Assembly (NCBI GenBank): GCA_022510605.1
Contig: JAFLTB010000005.1
Span: forward strand, 254 to 64,253
Length of the DNA: 64,000 nucleotides
Reading direction: 5' to 3'
Origin: Lachnospiraceae bacterium
GTDB taxonomy: Bacteria > Bacillota > Clostridia > Lachnospirales > Lachnospiraceae
Below the pieces are notes generated by a model. It was given only the letters and a program-made list of their open reading frames with translations. It was not told where the DNA came from and ran no database searches. Position 1 is the first letter of the stretch. Each line of letters begins with the position of its first letter. Shown piece after piece: positions 26,597-35,636 of the stretch. The position numbers and the translations under genes are program-made.

Positions 26597-27217
26597 ATGA
26601 TTGCGGGGTATTTTCTCCGGGGGCTCTTGATTGGTTTGGTGTTCGGAGTTCCAGCAGGGGCCATTGGTGCCTTAACCATCCAGCGCACGTTGGAAAAAGG
26701 CTTCTTTGCAGGACTGGTGACAGGAGCAGGTTCATCGGCAGCGGATTTACTCTATTCCTGTATCAGTGTATTTGGGATTACGATTGTCTCGGATTTTTTA
26801 ACAGCACATCAGGCTGTAATCCGGATCATTGGCGGATGTCTGATACTGATTTTTGGTATTGCTATTTTACGAAAAAAGGAAGGAGCCTCTGTACAAAAGG
26901 ATACCAGGGGAACACCTGTAGTTTACTTTTTGTCCGCCTTTACAGCGGCGATTTTGAATCCTGCTACGATTCTATCCTTTGTGGTTGCTTTTACTGCCTT
27001 TGGAATCAGCGGGAATTTGGAAATCCCGCAGGGGCTTGCCTTAATTGCAGGTATTTTAACAGGAACGCTGTGCTGGTGGTCGGCCCTTAGCGGTTTAGTT
27101 GCGTATTTCCGCAAAAGGGTTACAGATAATATCTATAAATGGCTGAACCGTATCTTAGGAGGTCTTATGATACTGTTTAGTATCATTATGACAATTCAGG
27201 GAATCAGGCAGATGTAA
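26597..27217 (+). CDS. LysE/RhtB-family exporter
   Basis: GGAGG sits 5 nt upstream of ATG 26597. About 6 TM helices. N-terminus GLLIGLVFGVPAGAIGALT is typical of LysE-type translocators. Confidence 0.75.
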   Translation: MIAGYFLRGLLIGLVFGVPAGAIGALTIQRTLEKGFFAGLVTGAGSSAADLLYSCISVFGITIVSDFLTAHQAVIRIIGGCLILIFGIAILRKKEGASVQKDTRGTPVVYFLSAFTAAILNPATILSFVVAFTAFGISGNLEIPQGLALIAGILTGTLCWWSALSGLVAYFRKRVTDNIYKWLNRILGGLMILFSIIMTIQGIRQM

Positions 27218-27267
27218 TGGAGTGTCTGCCATCCGAAAGGGAAAGACAATATGAAAAAGGAGTCAGC

Positions 27268-28011
27268 ATGAAAGAGGCAATTTTATCAGGAAAAAGTATA
27301 ACAAAGACCTTTGGTGAAACTATCATTCTGCATGGGATTGATATAGAACTGTATGCCGGAGATTTTACAGTAATCATGGGTTCCTCCGGTTCAGGAAAAT
27401 CCACTTTGCTTTATGCTTTGAGTGGAATGGAGCGTCCTGACAGCGGTCAGTTGTTTTTCAGAAAGCAGGATATTATAAATGCTTCAGAAAAGGAGTTGAC
27501 GAAACTTCGGGCGGAGGATTTCGGCTTTGTGTTCCAGCAAACCCATCTGATTAGTAATCTGACGCTGGATGAGAATATACGGATGGCGGGGCTTATCGGG
27601 CCTTTGTCGGAAAAGGAAGTTAAAATACGCACCGACGCCCTTATTAAGCAAATGAATCTTGAGGGTGCAAGGGACAGACTGCCATCGCAGACATCCGGTG
27701 GTGAGGCACAGCGGGCCGCTGTTGCCAGGGCGGTAATTAACAGGCCGGTAATACTTTTTGCTGACGAGCCAACGGGAGCTTTGAATAAGGCGAACTCAGA
27801 AGAAGTTCTGAATCTTTTGTCCTCACTCCATGAGGAAGGTCAGTCGGTTCTGCTTGTTACCCACGACAGGGAAGCAGCTCTGCGGGGAAATCGTATTCTG
27901 TATCTGGAGGATGGCGCTATTATTGGAGAATTGGAACTGCCAATCTATACAGGTAAAGACAGGCCGCGGGAAGAAAAACTAACTGCCTGGCTGGAAGGAT
28001 TTGAGTGGTAA
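27268..28011 (+). CDS. ABC transporter ATP-binding protein (paralog of 7909..8697)
   Basis: Start trimmed to MKEAILSGKS (AAGGAG upstream). Walker A GSSGSGKST, signature TSGGEAQR, Walker B ILFADEPTGAL. C-terminal extension ends in EW. Confidence 0.9.
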   Translation: MKEAILSGKSITKTFGETIILHGIDIELYAGDFTVIMGSSGSGKSTLLYALSGMERPDSGQLFFRKQDIINASEKELTKLRAEDFGFVFQQTHLISNLTLDENIRMAGLIGPLSEKEVKIRTDALIKQMNLEGARDRLPSQTSGGEAQRAAVARAVINRPVILFADEPTGALNKANSEEVLNLLSSLHEEGQSVLLVTHDREAALRGNRILYLEDGAIIGELELPIYTGKDRPREEKLTAWLEGFEW

Positions 28012-28038
28012 CGTTTACGCTTTGGAATGGAGATTCGT

Positions 28039-30360
28039 ATGGTGAAATACCGGATGCTGCTAAAGGCAGCCATAAAGAAACAAAAAGGGAGCATTATCGG
28101 AATATTTTTACTGGTGTTTGTTCTTGCCCTGTGCCTTTTTTCTGCTATAACCCTTTATATCAGTGGCACAGATTCTGTAGAGAGTGAAATGCGCCGACTG
28201 GGATTTGGTGATTTTACCATATGGACCAGTGGACAGCCGGAGAAGCTTAAAGCAGAAATCGAAGGCGTACCGGATGTGGATTATGCTTTTAGTCAGCCGC
28301 TTATTTTTGCAGGATATGAGATAAATGGCAGTTATTCCGATAATGAGGGACAGCTTCTGGTCTATGATGACTCGGTGCCATACCGTTTTCTGACAGCGGA
28401 GGGGGAGGAACTGCCGATACCGGATATTATGCCGGGAACCGTCTATATTTCTCCGGCACTTCGTTCCAGCTTTGATGTGGAAATCGGCGACACCATTCAG
28501 TTTGAATTGTCCAGGGCGGAGGGAATAAAAAGCCTCAAGGTTGCCGGTTACTTTGCCGATGCGTTCATGGGCAGTTCCATGATAGATATGAAAAGTTTTC
28601 TGATTCATAATATGGATTGGATGGAAATGCAGGCAGTGATTTCCGAAGCGGCAGATGTGGATGTTCTCGGTAGAAGCGGAGCCATGTATCATATATTTCA
28701 AAGGGAAGACAGTACATTATCTGATTTGGATTTTCGCAGGCAGATATATGAGTCCACGGATCTTTCCCTGTATACGGAATTTTCCTATGGTCAGGAATCC
28801 ATCCTGAATTATATGCTGCTTTTGCAAAATATTGTATCCGGATTTTTCATTGCTTTTTCAGTTGTACTTCTGCTGGTTTGTCTGGTTATTATCGGTCACA
28901 GTTTATCTGTGGTGGTTGAGCAGGAAAAGAAGGATATGGCTGTTTTGAAAACGATGGGGTTATCCGGCAGGGGACTGCGGGGAGTATATCTTATACTCTA
29001 TGGCGGTACGGTCTTAATGGGATTGCTTTTAGGTCTGGCTCCTGCCTGGGGAATTGCCAAAATGCTGGCAAAGGCCATGGTATCCTCCACGGGAATGCTT
29101 ATCAGGCTGTCTTTTCCGGCCGGTGTGATTTTACCAATTCTTTTGGGGATTCTTCTGCTGTTTGCCGTATTTTTAATTCTGCGTACAAGAAGGATTTTAA
29201 GGATTGCACCAGTACAGACGATTCGGGAAACCGCTGACGGAAAAAAGGTATCATCTGCATTTAGAAAAGGCTCCCTAAGTCTGAATATTGCGCTGAGGGA
29301 AATCCGCTCAGGCAAGCGAAAGTATATAGTGCTTTGTATTATTTCGGCGTTTCTTGCCATGTTTTTATCTGTGATTGGCAGAATGGGAACATGGCTTGGG
29401 CCAAAGGGCGAAGGATTGATGAATACCTTTAGTGTGGCAGAGCATGATTTAGGAGTGCAGCCATTGAATCAGTCGGTTCCCATGGATGAAATTGAACGAG
29501 TTATCAATTGGTACTCCCCGATACGGGAAACCTATGAACTGGCCATGCAGAGCGTCACCGTAAACGGGCAGGAATATACCGCTAATGTATTAAACGACAC
29601 AAAGTGGTTTCATGTGCTTTCTGGTACTGTCTGTGACGGAAACAGTATACTGATTACCGATACAGTTGCCAGCGAACTGGCACTGTCGCTCGGGGATACT
29701 GTTCAGGTGGCTTCCAATGGAAGAATGGAAACCTATACGGTATCCGGAATCTATCAATGTGCCAACGGCATGGGAAGTAACATTGGTATGAGCCTCACGG
29801 GCTATTCCAAAATCGGTGATATTACCGGTTATATCTGGTGTTATCATTACATTCTGGAAAACGGCCCGATCAGGGATTATGCCATGGCGTATTTACAGGA
29901 AAATTACCGGGGGATGGATGTCCATACTAATAGCTGGTCAGGCCTTGACGGAATTGTATTTGTCATGCACGCACTAATTGGCGTTATTTATTTGGTGGCT
30001 GCTTTGTTTATTCTGATTTCTGTAGCACTTATGGCAAATAAACTGTTACAGTCGGAAACCGGGAAAATGGCAATTTATAAAAGCATGGGACTGTCATCTG
30101 GCAGGCTGCGGCTTTCCTTTGCTCTTAGATTTTTGATTGTGGTTATCATCGGAACGGGAATCGGAGTTTGCCTTTCGGCATTTTGTGCTGATTCTGCCAT
30201 AGGCGGCGTTTTGGGAATGTTTGGAATCGGAGAATTTCAATCTGGATTCAGTGTGTTAGGGACGATTCTTCCGATGGTTACCATACCGCTTTTGTTCTTT
30301 GGATTTGCCTATGCTTTCTCTGTAAAATTAAAGAAGGTAGGCCTGGTGACTTTATTATAA
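28039..30360 (+). CDS. FtsX-family ABC transporter permease (paralog architecture of 8734..11094)
   Basis: Two FtsX segments (AVLKTMGLSGRGL and AIYKSMGLSSGRL) with TM bundles, and two large extracytoplasmic regions. Start at 28027 or 28039. Confidence 0.85.
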   Translation: MVKYRMLLKAAIKKQKGSIIGIFLLVFVLALCLFSAITLYISGTDSVESEMRRLGFGDFTIWTSGQPEKLKAEIEGVPDVDYAFSQPLIFAGYEINGSYSDNEGQLLVYDDSVPYRFLTAEGEELPIPDIMPGTVYISPALRSSFDVEIGDTIQFELSRAEGIKSLKVAGYFADAFMGSSMIDMKSFLIHNMDWMEMQAVISEAADVDVLGRSGAMYHIFQREDSTLSDLDFRRQIYESTDLSLYTEFSYGQESILNYMLLLQNIVSGFFIAFSVVLLLVCLVIIGHSLSVVVEQEKKDMAVLKTMGLSGRGLRGVYLILYGGTVLMGLLLGLAPAWGIAKMLAKAMVSSTGMLIRLSFPAGVILPILLGILLLFAVFLILRTRRILRIAPVQTIRETADGKKVSSAFRKGSLSLNIALREIRSGKRKYIVLCIISAFLAMFLSVIGRMGTWLGPKGEGLMNTFSVAEHDLGVQPLNQSVPMDEIERVINWYSPIRETYELAMQSVTVNGQEYTANVLNDTKWFHVLSGTVCDGNSILITDTVASELALSLGDTVQVASNGRMETYTVSGIYQCANGMGSNIGMSLTGYSKIGDITGYIWCYHYILENGPIRDYAMAYLQENYRGMDVHTNSWSGLDGIVFVMHALIGVIYLVAALFILISVALMANKLLQSETGKMAIYKSMGLSSGRLRLSFALRFLIVVIIGTGIGVCLSAFCADSAIGGVLGMFGIGEFQSGFSVLGTILPMVTIPLLFFGFAYAFSVKLKKVGLVTLL

Positions 30361-30387
30361 AAAATAATAATAAAAGGAGAGATGAAC

Positions 30388-31008
30388 ATGAAAAAAATTA
30401 TCACATGGAGTATGATTGTACTGCTTATTATCAGCATGGTTGCCCTTGCGGGATGCAGTTCACAGACGGAGAATCCGGGAACGCCACCGGCAGATGTTAT
30501 TAACCCGGATAGGGAAGGAGAAGCAGGTATTACAGATGAAAACTCACAAAACGGGAACAGTACTTCTGCCTATGAAGGGGATGTTCTGGAAAATGCCGTA
30601 TCGGTTCGGATTGGCAGAGACGGAGAGAAAGAGTGGGCCGTCAATATGTATAACAATGACGCCGCTGTAACGATGTTGGATTATCTGTCCGATTCCGAAT
30701 TGCTGTTTCCCACCTATACCTATGAGGAGGAACAGGGATTTGTTGCACAAGACGTAAGAGGGGAGTATACTAGAGAAGATGAGACAACCATTACGGATGT
30801 CAAAGCGGGAGAATTGTATCTGTTTAGTGGAGGGCAGCTCCGTTTCTATTTCAAGGATATGGCAGGGGCAGATATTACAGCAACTCCGGTGGGGTATTAT
30901 GCAGATACAAAAGGGTTGACAGAGGCAGTGCAGGAAGCATACGAGTCAAACAAGGGTGATACCTGGGGCGTAGAGGTTTATTTCCAGATTAAGAAAAATA
31001 TTAAATAA
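30388..31008 (+). CDS. lipoprotein with cyclophilin-like-fold domain
   Basis: Lipobox LAGCSS. C-terminal EWAVNMYNNDAAVTMLDYL...AGELYLFSGGQLRFYF matches the same cyclophilin-like pattern as 14735 and 18543. Lies 21-27 nt after the permease stop. Confidence 0.7.
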   Translation: MKKIITWSMIVLLIISMVALAGCSSQTENPGTPPADVINPDREGEAGITDENSQNGNSTSAYEGDVLENAVSVRIGRDGEKEWAVNMYNNDAAVTMLDYLSDSELLFPTYTYEEEQGFVAQDVRGEYTREDETTITDVKAGELYLFSGGQLRFYFKDMAGADITATPVGYYADTKGLTEAVQEAYESNKGDTWGVEVYFQIKKNIK

Positions 31009-31030
31009 GGAATATAGGAGGAAAATGAAT

Positions 31031-31360
31031 ATGAGTGAAAAGATTAAACAGACAGCAGGAAGAGAACAATTAGGAGATTTTGCACCGATGTTTGCCCATC
31101 TAAATGATGATGTGTTGTTTGGTGAGGTATGGAACGAGGAAGCGCTGGATGTAAAAACAAAGTGTATTATCACGGTAGTATCGCTTATGGCTTCCGGAAT
31201 CACGGATTCCTCCCTCACATATCACCTTGTCAATGCCAAAAATCATGGTGTGACAAAGGAGGAGATTGCTGCCATCATTACCCATGCCACCATGTACTGC
31301 GGATGGCCAAAGGGATGGGCGGTGTTCAGGCTGGCAAAAGAGGTTTGGGAGGAAGAATAA
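31031..31360 (+). CDS. carboxymuconolactone decarboxylase (CMD/AhpD-like) family protein
   Basis: LFGEVWNEEALDVKTKCIITVVSL...THATMYCGWPKG. Start at 31025 or 31031. Confidence 0.75.
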   Translation: MSEKIKQTAGREQLGDFAPMFAHLNDDVLFGEVWNEEALDVKTKCIITVVSLMASGITDSSLTYHLVNAKNHGVTKEEIAAIITHATMYCGWPKGWAVFRLAKEVWEEE

Positions 31361-31408
31361 GGTAGAGGCAGTGAAGGAGAAGCATAGTTAGATGAATGGA
31401 GGTTCAAT

Positions 31409-32530
31409 ATGAAAAAACTTGGTTTTGGATTAATGCGTATGCCGACGATAGACAAGACGAACGCAGCCGATGTGGATATCGAGCAGGTAAAAAAAATGGT
31501 GGATATTTTTATCGAAAAAGGATTCACCTATTTTGACACTGCACTGATGTACAATGGATTTGCCAGTGAGGCCGTAGCAAAAACCGTATTGGTGGATCGT
31601 TATCCGAGAGACAGCTTTACACTTGCTACGAAACTCCATGCCTCATTTTTTGATTCCCTGGAGGATCGGGATAAGGTTTTTAACTCTCAACTGGAAAAAA
31701 CAGGTGCAGGATATTTTGACTACTATCTGCTCCATGGTATTGAAAGTTCCATGCTGCCAAAATACGAGAAATTTGACTGCTTCAACTGGCTGTTAAAAAA
31801 GAAGGAACAGGGTCTGGTTAAGCATGCCGGATTCTCATATCATGATTCTGCTGAGCTCTTAGATGAGCTTCTCACAAAGCATCCCGAGATGGAATTTGTT
31901 CAATTGCAGATTAACTATTTAGACTGGGAGAGTGAATGGGTACAGGCCCGTGCCTGTCATGAAGTGGCTGTGAAGCATGGTAAGCCTGTTATTGTTATGG
32001 AACCGGTTAAGGGCGGCACTTTGGCGCACATTCCGGAAGAAGCTGAGAAGCTGTTCAAAGACTACGAGCCGAATATGTCGGTACCAAGCTGGGCGATTCG
32101 TTTTGCGGCATCCCTTGACAATGTGATGGTGGTGCTCTCCGGAATGTCGAATGTGGAACAGGTGGAGGATAACCTCAGCTATATGGATGATTTCAAACCC
32201 CTTACCGATGAAGAAAAAGAACTTTGTTTTAAGGTGGCAGACATTATCAACGGGCAGATTGCCGTACCTTGCACCGGCTGCTCGTACTGCCTCGAGGGCT
32301 GTCCTAAGAAAATTGCCATTCCACAGTATTTCTCACTCTACAATGAGGATATGCGGGAACATCTGGAGGAAAAGGGCTGGACGGTCAACTATGCAAATTA
32401 TGGGATTCTTGCAAGCAAATTTGGCAGGGCAAAGGACTGTATCGAATGCGGTCAGTGCGAGAGCGTATGTCCGCAGCACTTGTCCATTGTAAAAACTCTT
32501 AGGGAAGTTTCCGAACATTTTGATCAGTAA
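31409..32530 (+). CDS. aldo/keto reductase with C-terminal 2x[4Fe-4S] ferredoxin-like domain
   Basis: AKR N-terminus KLGFGLMRMP...FDTALMYNG. C-terminal CTGCSYCLEGCP and CIECGQCESVCP. Confidence 0.8.
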   Translation: MKKLGFGLMRMPTIDKTNAADVDIEQVKKMVDIFIEKGFTYFDTALMYNGFASEAVAKTVLVDRYPRDSFTLATKLHASFFDSLEDRDKVFNSQLEKTGAGYFDYYLLHGIESSMLPKYEKFDCFNWLLKKKEQGLVKHAGFSYHDSAELLDELLTKHPEMEFVQLQINYLDWESEWVQARACHEVAVKHGKPVIVMEPVKGGTLAHIPEEAEKLFKDYEPNMSVPSWAIRFAASLDNVMVVLSGMSNVEQVEDNLSYMDDFKPLTDEEKELCFKVADIINGQIAVPCTGCSYCLEGCPKKIAIPQYFSLYNEDMREHLEEKGWTVNYANYGILASKFGRAKDCIECGQCESVCPQHLSIVKTLREVSEHFDQ

Positions 32531-32554
32531 AATGGATGTCAGGAGGAATACAAA

Positions 32555-32962
32555 ATGAAAGAAGAAATAAACAGTGTGTTTCCTATGGGTGAAGAAAATC
32601 CACTTGCGCAGTACTTTGATGGGAAAAGTTATCTAAGTACGCTTTCAGAAACACAGGTGACTATTTTCAATGTTACCTTTGAACCAGGATGCCGTAATTA
32701 TTGGCATATTCATCATGCAGAAAAAGGCGGTGGACAAATTCTTTTAGCAACAGCAGGACGCGGTTACTATCAGGAACAGGGTCAAGAGCCTCGGGAACTC
32801 CATCCAGGTGATGTTGTTAATATTCCGGCAGGTGTAAAGCATTGGCATGGCGCAGCAAAAGACAGCTGGTTTGCACATCTTGCAATTGAGGTGCCGGCTG
32901 AAGGTGGTAGTACGCAATGGTGTGAACCGGTTGATATAGAGGATTATGAACAATTAAAATAG
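32555..32962 (+). CDS. cupin-domain protein
   Basis: Cupin motifs GCRNYWHIHHAEKGGGQIL and GDVVNIPAGVKHWHGA. Confidence 0.8.
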   Translation: MKEEINSVFPMGEENPLAQYFDGKSYLSTLSETQVTIFNVTFEPGCRNYWHIHHAEKGGGQILLATAGRGYYQEQGQEPRELHPGDVVNIPAGVKHWHGAAKDSWFAHLAIEVPAEGGSTQWCEPVDIEDYEQLK

Positions 32963-33039
32963 GAGAATTTTGCTGGAGAAGAGATGGAAATCATTAGAAA
33001 AATTTAAGGCAAATAACTCCGAGAAAGGCTGCAGTTATT

Positions 33040-34161
33040 ATGAGAAAGAAGAAAGTATTAAAAGTTGTACGGCTGATGGCAGTAGTGGTGATGGCGGTGT
33101 TCTTCGCTGTTCCGGCTATGGAGGTGTCAGCAAAGCCTCCAAAGGAGGCTTTGACAAAGTATAAGCTATCGGCAGCTAAAAAGACAATGAAGGAAGGACA
33201 GACCTACACCATATCATTAAAGGGTGTGTCTAAGAAAGTCAAACCTGAGAAACTGAAATGGACTACCGGGAATAAGCAGGTTGTATCCATTAGCAAAAAA
33301 AGTGGCAATAAAGCAGTATTAAAGGCAAAGAAAGCAGGGAAAGCCACAATTAAAGTGACATACAAGGGGAAGATATACAAGTGTAAGGTCACGGTAAAAA
33401 AGAAAAAGAATAATAAGAAAGATACGGGGAGTGCGAAACATCCGGCATTAAATGCAACTCAGGTAGAGTTACATTATACACAGGATTATGCGATTCCTTA
33501 TATCGGGAAGAATCCGGCCTACAACTATTCATTCCAGTTCAAGGTTACAGGAACAAAGGCCAGAGTGAAAAGCTGGCGTGTGGATGGGGATACGGTGGCA
33601 AAAACCAGATATCTGATTACAAGTGATGGAACGATTAAAATGATGCACGGAAATGATATCAATGAAGCATATTCCGAGTGCAGAGTCAAGGCTTATTTAT
33701 CGGATGGAACCGAACTGACAGCCAGGGTAAAAGGGTATGATGATATCGCGCTGTATGTCCGGAGTGTGTTTGACAAATTCAAGAAAACATATATCACTGA
33801 CAATATGACGGAATATGAGAAGATGGATAAAGTTGCCTGGTATCTGAGTGCAGAGTATGATTACAGACTGTATCAGGACGATTGGTATGAATATATAGTG
33901 ACGGGAAGCGGTGATTGTATGGCGAGCCGGTATGCTGTGATGTACTTATGCCGGGACTTGGGACTTCGTGCAGCAGCATGCCCGGATCTGGATTCCCACG
34001 GCGATACAGTGGTAAGAGCAGATGGTAAAGTGTATCTGGTAACTACCGGATATCGGGGAGAAAAACCGAGATACTATCAGATAGTAGAAATGTCAAGAGA
34101 ACTCTTTGATCAGAGGAATGAGAAAAATCACATTAATCCGGAGTATATTTGGGGAGACTAA
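33040..34161 (+). CDS. exported protein: signal + basic Big_2 + transglutaminase-like (Cys-His-Asp) domain
   Basis: Signal VVRLMAVVVMAVFFAVPAMEVSA. Big_2 block (VVSISKKSGNKAVLKAKKAGKATIKV). C-terminal GSGDCMASRYAVMYLCRDLG...DSHGDTVVRADGK resembles papain/transglutaminase-like cores. Confidence 0.6.
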   Translation: MRKKKVLKVVRLMAVVVMAVFFAVPAMEVSAKPPKEALTKYKLSAAKKTMKEGQTYTISLKGVSKKVKPEKLKWTTGNKQVVSISKKSGNKAVLKAKKAGKATIKVTYKGKIYKCKVTVKKKKNNKKDTGSAKHPALNATQVELHYTQDYAIPYIGKNPAYNYSFQFKVTGTKARVKSWRVDGDTVAKTRYLITSDGTIKMMHGNDINEAYSECRVKAYLSDGTELTARVKGYDDIALYVRSVFDKFKKTYITDNMTEYEKMDKVAWYLSAEYDYRLYQDDWYEYIVTGSGDCMASRYAVMYLCRDLGLRAAACPDLDSHGDTVVRADGKVYLVTTGYRGEKPRYYQIVEMSRELFDQRNEKNHINPEYIWGD

Positions 34162-34189
34162 TAGAGGAACTGGAATATAGCAAGAGTGA

Positions 34190-34226
34190 GGGGACTGGCA
34201 TTCTCAGCCAGTCCCCCGATTTGTTT
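34190..34226. terminator. stem-loop between convergent genes (T-tract on + strand)
   Basis: GGGGACTGGC / GCCAGTCCCC forms a perfect 10-bp stem with a 7-nt loop, followed by CGATTTGTTT. Confidence 0.6.
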
Positions 34227-34258
34227 AACATAGAACCTTTGGTGAAAAAGGGCCCCTG

Positions 34259-35458
34259 TCAACTTCCACTCCCAATCAAAAACAGTTTTTTCAGGGAGAC
34301 AAACAGTAAATCCGTATACCCTGCTTTTTCCGCACTCTGTTTTGCCACAATCGGGACAGAGCCGATTTCTTTTCCGTCATAGGTATACACGATGGAGCCC
34401 ACCTCGTCCCCTTCGGCAACCGGGGCGGCAATCTCTCTCAACGTCATATTTTTCTGGATTTTACTTTCATCAAATTCCGAGGTAAAGGTATGGCTGAATT
34501 TTCCTTTTGGATACACCGATATCTTGGCAGGGATACCGCCTCTGACCGCCATATCCTCAAAGGTCATATCGGCAAAATCGTCCTCGTAGATGGAGCAGTT
34601 GGCAAAACCGTAATCTAACAGTGCCTGTGCCTCCGTAAACCTTACCTTGTGGTCCGGGGCGGCCATTACCACGGCAATGAGATTCATGCCGTTTCGTTTG
34701 GCCGTGGCACTGAGACAGTATTTGGCCTTGCTGGTGGAGCCGGTCTTTAAGCCGGTTATGCCGTCATAAAACCGAACCAGTTTGTTGGTGTTGGTGAGAC
34801 CAAAGGTGGACTCGCCCTTTTTTGTTTTGTGAACAATAGAATCCATCCATACCGTGGAATAATTGGAAATCTGCGGGTGCTTCATAATCAGCTCCCGGGA
34901 CATCAGTGCCACATCGTAGGCACTGGAGTAATGGCCGGATTGAATGTCATCGTCTAAGCCGGTACAGTTTTTGAACTGGGTGTGCTTCATGCCCAGTTCC
35001 TTTGCCTTCTGGTTCATCATTTTCACAAAATTCTGTTCCGAGCCGGCAATTTTTTCGGCCATGGCCACGGCGGCGTCATTGGCGCTGGCGATGCTGATGC
35101 ACTTAATCATGGTATTTACAGTCTGGGTTTCCTGGGGCTCTAAGAACACCTGGGAACCGCCCATGCTGGCGGCATACTCGCTGACAGTCACATTGTCCTC
35201 CAAAGAAATCTTTCCCTGGTCGATGGCTTCAAAGATTAAAGTAAGGGTCATGATTTTGGTAATGCTGGCAGGGACTAATTCGGTGTCTTTGTCCTTTTCC
35301 ACCAGAATTTCTCCTGTGTCCCCTTCAATAAGTACAGCGGCTCTTGCCGTAATATTGACTGCGGAGCCGGTGGCAGTAGTTTCTGCCTGGATTTCCGACG
35401 TGACCATAAAGGGCAGAAGAAATAAAAATAATAACAGATTTCCGATGACGATTTTCAT
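34259..35458 (-). CDS. dacB: D-alanyl-D-alanine carboxypeptidase (S11, PBP5/DacB-like)
   Basis: Signal peptide, SxxK ASITKIMT, SxN SANDAA, KTG LKTGST. Confidence 0.88.
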   Translation of the reverse strand: MKIVIGNLLLFLFLLPFMVTSEIQAETTATGSAVNITARAAVLIEGDTGEILVEKDKDTELVPASITKIMTLTLIFEAIDQGKISLEDNVTVSEYAASMGGSQVFLEPQETQTVNTMIKCISIASANDAAVAMAEKIAGSEQNFVKMMNQKAKELGMKHTQFKNCTGLDDDIQSGHYSSAYDVALMSRELIMKHPQISNYSTVWMDSIVHKTKKGESTFGLTNTNKLVRFYDGITGLKTGSTSKAKYCLSATAKRNGMNLIAVVMAAPDHKVRFTEAQALLDYGFANCSIYEDDFADMTFEDMAVRGGIPAKISVYPKGKFSHTFTSEFDESKIQKNMTLREIAAPVAEGDEVGSIVYTYDGKEIGSVPIVAKQSAEKAGYTDLLFVSLKKLFLIGSGS

Positions 35459-35551
35459 GATAACCTTCCTTTCAAAGTGCTGTGAAATGGTTTTTTGCTA
35501 TTTCATGTTATGAGAGTAAAATAAGCTTTATGACTGAATGGGCGCAACTCA

Positions 35552-35580
35552 TTGACAAACAGACCAGGATTCTTTATCAT
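35552..35580 (+). promoter_or_regulatory. putative sigma-A promoter
   Basis: TTGACA (35552-35557), 17 bp, TATCAT (35575-35580). Confidence 0.5.
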
Positions 35581-35636
35581 AGAAACGGGCATCCCGCTTT
35601 GCTAAGATGCCCGTATATCAAAGATTTGAGGTGCTT

